Made by a program: the position numbers and the translations under genes. This document shows, in pieces, positions 55,678-64,000 of a stretch of DNA of 64,000 bases; positions within the stretch are counted from its first letter, which is position 1, and each line of letters opens with the position of its first letter. Under the pieces are notes generated by a model. That model was not told the origin of the DNA and did not search any database. It was given only the letters and a program-made list of their open reading frames with translations. The stretch lies in NCBI GenBank assembly GCA_949358305.1, contig OX442314.1, positions 17,174,001-17,238,000 of the forward strand, in the 5' to 3' direction. This DNA comes from Strigamia acuminata (lineage: Eukaryota).

Positions 55678-58600
55678 TTAACGTCGAGGCCCCCAAACAA
55701 TATTTTTGGGCACATCGGCACAGCCGAACGATGGGAACTCTGCATTGCTCGAAGTGTCTGGCGCTGTTTGTTCCCAAGGACCTCCTTTGACTACAAACCC
55801 TTTCGGTTCGGTACGAGGATGAAAATCTTCCTGTTTCTTGCTCGGAGCTTCTGTGTACTGACGCATGTATTCGGCATCATTAATGTCTTGCATCTGAAAG
55901 CAAAAACGTTGCAAATTGATTAGAAACAAAAATCACAATTTACACATACAAAACAAATTAATATTTACATAGTTATCTTCTAAATTGAGCAGATGATCCT
56001 TGGCCTCCTGTACGTTTACTTCCAGTCCGCTTATGACCACCAAATTAGGATCTGAATCGCTATCGCGTGGAAATCGGATGTCCACTTTATATTGTTCCAT
56101 AATCTTTCGAATATTTCGTCCTTTTGCTCCGATCAGACGAGAATGAACGCGATGGTCAATACTCACATCTTCGCTAACCATATTCTCCTACAAAAACAAG
56201 TTTTCCCGTTAGTTTTATTCATTTCTTCGCGTTTCTCACCCGCTCCTACCAATTCCTGAACTATCTTATCAATAGTCTCTTTAGCAGCATGGGCGTTTTT
56301 CTCATAGCCAGTGATAATGATGATATTTTCCTCCGAAACGCCTTTCTCAGGAAACTGAATTTGTACGTCATGGTCTTGCCTAATTTTAGAAATAACCGCC
56401 CCTTTGCGACCGATGATCTTCGGGTGATGTTTGGGGTCCACTTCAACGCTTAAATGGAAGCTGCGCAACGACTAAAAATTAAATGTATTTTATTATATAC
56501 CCGCAATTTCAAATTTTTCAATTTTCCAAATACCCTATCCAGTTTCTCCTTCTCCAAATGTTCCACCCGATTTTCCAAAGCTAACTTCGCTTGCTCCACA
56601 TTGGACGGTGTGCCGCTAACTTTAATCACATCACTTTGTTGATTGACAGGCGGAACTACAATGTTCACGTCAAAATCCTTCATCAGTTCGCGCACATCTT
56701 TGCCCTTCTGCCCGATAATAAAGCGATGGAAGTCGTAAGGAACGTAGACCTCGACTGTGATTGGTACCAAGGCCTGAAATCAACGTCAAATTAAATTTTA
56801 ACGTTCTTGAAACAAATCGAGGTATTAAAAAAAAACAAAAAACTCACCAACAACGCCATTTTGGCTTTCTCACAATTCTCGTTTTTACCAGTGATTTTGA
56901 TGATATCATTCTTTCTGGGCTTATCGTCCATCCCAATTTCTCCATCATTCATGTGCAAATCTCCATTGAATTGAACCTCATCCCCGTTTTGTGGAAGCAC
57001 CTCGTCGTCCCCTTCTCTGTTCTCTCGATCAGGAAACTTGATTTGCACGTCAAATTCCTGAGTAATATTCTGCACTTTGCAACCTTTCGCGCCCATCACT
57101 GTACGATGATGTGGTTGTGCGATGCTGAACTCTATTGTCACTTGTTGTTGCTACATTCGACAAATCAAAATGAAAAAACCTGCCTTTTGTTTCACTGTTA
57201 CTGCTCTTACCAGCTCACTGACGATTTCATTGATGCGTTGAACTGCAGCGTCAACGCAATCTTTGGCTCCTTTGAGCACAACAGCGTCGCTATTGAATCC
57301 ACTGCGGGGGAAACTCACTGCCACTCCACCATACTCTTCGCTGATTTCTCTCAACACCTGACCCCGTCGCGCCACAAAGTGGCGGTGGTACTTTGGATCG
57401 ACACTGATGTCTCGCTCAATAATATTGTCCTAAATATTTAACAGTTTGAAATCAATTTTTAAACAGAAAAAATGGTGCGGCGGTCTTACCAGATTCTTAA
57501 TCAGAATTTCAAGTTCAACTTTGGCTTGATTAGCAGCTTCTTGTTTCCCAATTATCATGATTAGTTCACGATCTTCATCATTAGCTGATGGGAAAATAAT
57601 TCGAGCACCAGTTTTATCCCTAACTTTACGGATATTAGCCCCATTTCTTCCAATAAGAAACTTATGATGTTCCGGTTTAGCTCGCACTTCGCACGTAAAA
57701 CTTGCCAATTGCTGAAATAATAATTAAAAACAATTAATTGTTAAAATGATACTTAATTTTAATTAAACTTACCTTTTCATTAGCCAGCTCTTGCAATTGC
57801 TTCCTAGCCTTTTCCACATCCTCTTTGGGGCCACGAATAGTGACCTCGTCGCTACCGGAACCTTCCTGCGGAAAGAGGATGTTAACTCCGCACTCCTCAG
57901 TGATGGATCGGATGAGACGACCCTTAGCGCCAATGACGGAATTATGAAGTTTGGCTGGAATGGACACATTGACTGAAGCAATGTTCTCCTAAAAACACGC
58001 ATAAACAAAATAAAAAAAATCTGCCGAAATGATCAATTAAATTAGGCAATCCTTACGTGGGTGTTCTGAATCTCCAAAATCCTGCGTCGCGCCTCCTCCA
58101 CGTTAGATTTCTTGCCAGTGATAACAATAGCGTCCGAAGAATTCCCTTCAGCCGGTAACTCTATTTTAGTGTCGGTCTCGTCGCGAATCTAGAACAATGA
58201 TAGCCTTGAGTACATTAAACAAAGCTAAAATAGACAAAATTCACCTTTTTAATGGTAACTCCGGCTTTTCCAATGATATATTTGTGCAGCGGCTTGTATA
58301 TAACAACAGCAATGGAGTAGTTGTTCTCGATCAATTCCTTGTTTAATTTCTGCAAATATTTGTAACATTGTTCGACGTCCTCTTTGGGTCCACGGATGGT
58401 GACTACATCGCTCTTATTAACTGCAAAAAAAATAAACATCCAAATTTAATACAAAATGAAATTTGCGTACGATTTTTCAATCTCCTCACTCGAATCAGGA
58501 AAAGTTACATTCACTTGATTGAATTTGTCACGAATCTCTTTTATCTTTTCCCCTTTACTGCCAATTATGTTTCGGTGGAATTTCTGATCAATGATGATGT

Positions 58601-60479
58601 CACGGCTCTTTTCGTTCTCCAATTTCTTCACCATCTCCTCCAATTCTTGCTTGGCGCTGGCCACGCCTTTAGCATTCCCTTCGATACGAATTATAGTATT
58701 GCGTTCATCACCCGATGGAATATTAATAAGCACGTTTGCCTCCTGTTTCAATCGATTCACTGCAAAGGAAACCATTTTCAGCCGACAAAATCTACTAGCA
58801 CATCTAGAAATTAATAAACTTACCATTTGCACCGTTTTTTCCAATAATGTGTTTATGAAACTTGGGCTCAACTTCAATTTCCACGAATTGAAGACGGTTT
58901 TGCAGATCCAATGCCATCTTCTCGATCTCGTTCTTAGCTTGTTCTACTTCTTCTGGCGGCCCTTCGATTAAAATCTTGTCTTCGACGTCGCGAAACTCGA
59001 CGTGAAGTTTGGGAAGATCTTGAGTGATCAGTCTTATATTTGCGCCCTTCTTACCAATAATGAATTTGTGCAGCCAACTAGGCGCCGCTACAACCGCCTC
59101 GGCCATGCTGTTAGCCTAAATTGAAAAACAATTTAATTATCTCGCAAAACCCATTGCGCGTGTAAATATGCACCCACTTTTGCATAAACCAAGTTGAGAG
59201 CAGCTCCCAGTTTGTCTTGTTCTCCTCGCAGAGTGATGGTTTCGACAGGGTTGTCCAATTGCGGCATCTCGACCGAGACACCAGTGTGCGCTAAAATTTC
59301 TTGCAAAGTATTTCCTCTCGGACCAATTACGTATTTATGATGAGATTTACGCACTTCCATCGATACAGTTTGGCACTTCAATTTCTAGAAGAAAAAAAAA
59401 TATATAATTATTTTAATGTTCTAATTCAATGGTTTTATTTTATTTTTTTTTACCTTTTCCTCGTAAATTTTAGTTATCATTTCTTTGGCTTTCGCCACTC
59501 CTTCCTTTTCACCGGAAATGGTGATTTCGTCCTTCATGACAAAACTAGGTGGCATGTTGATCCGAACATTGGTTTCACTGGTGATACGATTAACATTCTC
59601 GTTATGACCGCCCGAAATAAACGGGTGATACATTTTGGGAATGGACAAGCGCACAAAATCCAATTTAGCCTAAATATAATTATATAAAAGTTAATTAAAC
59701 GTTGATGAAACATTAATTAAACACTAAGTACCGTACCTGTTCGTCCGAACAAAGCTGAATCTCATGTCTTGCCTTTTCAATGCCGTCTTTCGTTCCCAAG
59801 ATGCGAATTGTGTCTGAATTCTCATCTGGTCGTGGAACTGAGATCTTTGTAGCTGTCGACATTTCGATGTCATGTAAGTTTTTTCCACTTTTGCCAAGAA
59901 TGAAACGATGATGTTCTTTCGGTATGCTGATAGTCCCATTCGCTTGGGTTTGCAGCGAATTGATGATTTCCCGACGTGCATTCATGACGGCATCTTGTTT
60001 TCCCGTCACCAAGATGGTCAAGCTCTGATCTTTGCTGGAGTCTACCTCGATATGCGCACCCGTCCTTTGCATGATGTCCGCGCATATCTTGGCTTGTTCT
60101 CCTTGACCACCAAATTGGCTGTCGATTTCTTTGTACCTGCGTTCTTCTAGCGGTACACGGAAAATCTTTAAAAATTAAAAAAGAAAAAAAGAAAAAAAGA
60201 AAAATCAATTAATAATTTTTACAAAAACAACCCAACAGCTGTGAAAAACCAACAGGTTCTGTTTGCGCTTGGCACAAATGGATGACACTAATTCAAACGT
60301 ACTTGAGTGATTACGGAAGAACTCATCTTCATTTTCTGATTCCAAGTGCCCTTTAATTGATCCATGGGCCGAGGTTCGCTCTCAGGTAGAGCAGGAAATA
60401 CCTCGTCGTAACTGTACGTAGGTTCGTACGCATCGTGCTCCTCAAACATCTTGTTATCGTGTTGAATATCCAGACTCAT
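55678..60479 (-). CDS. HDLBP: Vigilin (HDL-binding protein), multi-KH-domain RNA-binding protein, many exons
   Basis: N-terminal YDEVFPALPES. Repeated KH motifs HRFILGKSG, HKYVIGPRG, HKFIIGKKG, HKHIIGKNG, HRNIIGSKG, HRTVMGAKG, HRFIIGQKG, HPKIIGRKG and HSRLIGAKG. C-terminal GFVVKGGPWEQTAPDTSSNAEFPSFG..WGPRR*. Confidence 0.97.
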
Positions 60480-62689
60480 TTTCGAGGACCTATTCCAAGT
60501 CGTGACAGTACAACTAAGGAAGAATTAGATGGAAGGAAAAAAAAGAGATTTAAAATTCATTTTTATTTCCAGGATTTAAAGTTGTGAGCGCAAGTGGCGT
60601 TTGGGAAAATGCCATGTCAATCTCAACCTACTTTGTGTCGTGCCACGTAGGGGAGCGGTCAAGACTACTGGCGACTTTGAACTTTAATCAAAGTTCAATT
60701 TAATTAATTCATTTAGATTTTGCACAATTTCTTTCCAATACGAATACATATCTTTCTTCAAATCTATTTTTTTGCTTCAGTAAATAATTGATCTTAAAGG
60801 TTCAAAGTTTTTTTAACATCCTAAGTGTAGTTTGTCAACTTTCTACGACGCGTGCTTCGATTACGTAACGATAAGAGAAGACACGAAATGTGTAATCTGT
60901 ACATTAGTCGTCGTAAATAGTGGTGGAAAGATGCAGGTTATTGTAAAAAATAAGTACAAGGTATGTTTTAAATGTGTGTTAGGCCTACACGCCGACCGTC
61001 GACGTGTCAAGATCAAACATACGGATCGTCTCACAAACACCACACAGCTCGACTCTGCGACGAGAACTTACTGTACTGTGTCCAGTGGATCCGTCCAGAA
61101 GATGTCAAGATTGTTGTCTATGCTCCAGTGTCTCGGTTTGAAAAATGTCCACCAAGACGAGTCATCGAGCAGGGATGTAAAATAAAAACCGAGCTAATGC
61201 CAGGTGCTGGCTCGCTCTGCTTAAGCAGGCAGTGTGTCTGCTGATCTGCTCTGTAGCGATCAACTGGCTCCCTCTGTCGAAAACATGTAGAAATGTTTTC
61301 TTTTGTTTTCCTAAGCCAAAAGCATGGAACGAAATAGATTTTTGAATCATTTCGGGAATTTCACAATGGGTGAAACGTTTAATTTGTTTGATTTTGATTC
61401 TACTGATTGTGAAAATGTTTTAGAAAAATCTATTTTTTAAAGTGAAAGTTTTATCACTTAATGATTATTTACTCAAAATTTTTTTTTAATTTGTTTACTC
61501 ATTTTTCTTAAAAGAATTTTTGACGATTGTAGTTTATCTCTTTCTCTATTTATCGTTGATTCGATTGGATTAAGAGACGGATCACAATGCCATTTAAAGA
61601 TGGCCGTCAACACTGACGCCATTCTGAGGTTGATGCGATCCCATCTGCCCATCAGATGCACTTCATTTATGCCACGGTAAAACGAAATGCAGAACGATTT
61701 CGTACAATTTAAGCAATATTCTGTGTGCATCATGAATAAACATATGAAATTATCACTAAATTAAAAATATATCGAGAGTGGCCACGAACACAATACTCGA
61801 AATGACTCAAAATGTATTGTTGCAACGCTTTCGTTGTAACATCTTCATTATCTAATTGTAGCATTCGACTTAAAGCGAATAATTTTCTTTGCCATTTATG
61901 CAGCTAGGCCATAATTATACGATAATCTAACTCTACAATTTTTCACACCAACGATTACGTAATTGTTTTTATTTTTCTTCTTTTGATTGCCACGGATTCA
62001 ATTGGAGAACAGTTGTAATTTATTTTTAAAATAAAAGATTGCTATAAACGCCTTTATCTGATCAAATTCTTCGACACACACATACAAAAAAAATCTTTTT
62101 ATTTTTATTTCAATTCATTTATTATTATTATTTTTAAATTGGAAATGAATTTTACAGTGTCGTAAACTTTAATACCATTTGCTACAGTTTTACTTGCATT
62201 TTTTGTACATAAATTTTTGTTTTGAAATATACTGGTGTCGTAGCCTTATTGTGCGCCCCCCATTTAACAGCCCCACAAATTTTGCACCCCATTTACCCAT
62301 TCCCACCCCTACCCCAGAAATAAACCTTTTCATGGATTTAAATTTCATTTATTGGTTTCAAATTTATTTTATTGTTATTGCTTTTCTTTATTTTTCGTCC
62401 ACAGAGATGTGAATTAATTGTGTGCGCTCAGCGATTTAATAAAAGCAAGTTTTTGCAGACTCGCACATTTATTGAGTCAATAAGAAATCTCGCTTTCCAG
62501 CAAGCAGCGCCGATGTGGTTCAACTGCATACTAAAATCAAGCCGAAAATGAGCAGTTTCGTATTTCGATCATTGTGCGTGAAGCTGTTGCTAGAGCACGA
62601 GCAGTTTTTACTGTTCGGATACGGTACCGAACGAGAGTCAATGGCCTGATGACATCATTTTATTTTGCACATAAAATGCGATTATCTCT

Positions 62690-62856
62690 TTCAATGATTG
62701 GCCGACGTTGGCGACCAATCGACACGTACGAAACAAAAGTAAGATGGCGGATTTTCATTCGATCGGCGCTATCTTCAAACATCGCGCCTCTGTAAAATTA
62801 ATCTCAATTTCTTCAAGAAATAATACGTATTCTATTTGCTACAATATTTGCGTAAG
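62690..62856 (+). promoter_or_regulatory. Probable promoter and first exon of a further + strand gene, possibly bidirectional with vigilin
   Basis: Inverted CCAAT pair (GATTGG ~62696, CCAATC ~62715), YY1-type AAGATGGCGG at 62741-62750, and a consensus donor AAG|gtaagt at 62856/57. Confidence 0.4.
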
Positions 62857-64000
62857 GTAAGTCGCACATTGCGCGTCTCCCGCCGCAATCCACAATGCAC
62901 GGCGAAGCACATTTCGAGGTTAAAATTTCATTCATTCGCATCCCTCCCCGCTCCGCTCGTGCCTCGCCCATCACGTACAGAAAAATCTTTCCACGTTTGT
63001 ATGTACAATCGTAGCGCACAATGTAGTGCAGTAATCCCAAAACCTCTCTCTTTCCGTAGGTTTATCCATCCGTCGTTGGATACAAAATTGAAATTTGCAT
63101 TTGAACAAATTTGGTGATGTGTGGGCCGACATGTTTTTTGGCGGTGCACATAACTAGGCCTAACTGCAAGGACTAAAAGAGGATTTCGGAAATTCACAGG
63201 TCAGTCTGAGTTGATTTGACCGTTTTATTCCGCCCTAGTCGTGGTGATAATGGTAAAACAGCACAATCCACACGTAAAATTCGTAATCTTATCGCCAAAA
63301 GGACATTTCTCGAGCTTTATTTTCGTATTTTCGTATTTAATCACTTAACGCTTCGGCGATATTTATAAAACGAGACGAAAAAATTGAGCAAAATTGAGAA
63401 AAAAAATTAATTGCGATGAGATTACGATGACGAGGTTTTGCACGAAGCTAAAGATGGTCTCGTTGAAGGGAAGGCGCTTTACATATTTATGTATTTATTT
63501 TTTTTCTAAATTCCCATCACGTGGGAGTGTTCTAAGACAGCCCAGTTTGTGGTTACGTCAAGAAGTTACCACCCTCGAAAGGTTAAATGGATCGCTCCAA
63601 ATTGGGTCTTGTTTGTCTTATTTTTAGCCCGAAGGGTAGCATCTCACATTGGCCATACGCCAATTTCGCAGACCTACGTTTCAAGGGTGGTGGCCATGTG
63701 CAGCGCTTTTGCCTTTTAAGTTATACGTTGGTGGACGGTGACGTAGAGCATAAAAATTCGACCGGATTGAGCAGAGACGTGATTTCTTCTTGAGCTGCCG
63801 GCCCTAGCTGACCGTCGTCATTGACAGCGTTAGACACATTAGGCATGTATATAAGAAAAGAAAGGGAAAAAAAGAAAAAACAAAACCGCAAAGCGTGTCC
63901 TGCAGCGTGTAGCAGCTAGCAGGTTAGTATAGAGGGGGATTTAACTGTGTCTGCTTTGCATCTGTCGTTGTATTTTTAAGTTTTAAGCGAGTGGAGTGGC

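Overview
Eukaryotic, AT-rich animal DNA. The proteins look arthropod, probably non-insect (inferred from the troponin C and Drep2 sequences, not established). The window has two sharply different halves. Positions 1-24.7 kb contain no recognisable coding exon: GC-rich enhancer-like islands alternate with poly-A and microsatellite tracts, and there is one decayed Tc1/mariner IR-DR element. This half appears to lie inside a single >24 kb intron of USP48, whose last visible exon ends at a phase-2 donor at 24707. Positions 24.7-64 kb are a compact gene cluster with mostly ~55-75 nt introns: USP48(-), EXOSC10/Rrp6(-), two tandem NDUFB4 paralogues(+), CDC5L(-), a Drep2-like CIDE-N gene(+), TTC36(-), SZRD1(+), an N-terminally extended calmodulin-like gene(-), troponin C(+), CTDNEP1/dullard(+), vigilin(-), and possibly the first exon of another gene. 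The most notable observations are: (1) the calmodulin-like gene seems to have at least three alternative phase-0 first exons, and the distal one would nest troponin C in its intron; (2) an intronic heptamer repeat is complementary to its 34-nt exon; (3) a ~145-nt hairpin occurs in the intron of only one NDUFB4 copy; (4) the giant USP48 intron resembles a genomic regulatory block. All gene models were assembled by eye from splice signals and recalled homology; no searches were run.
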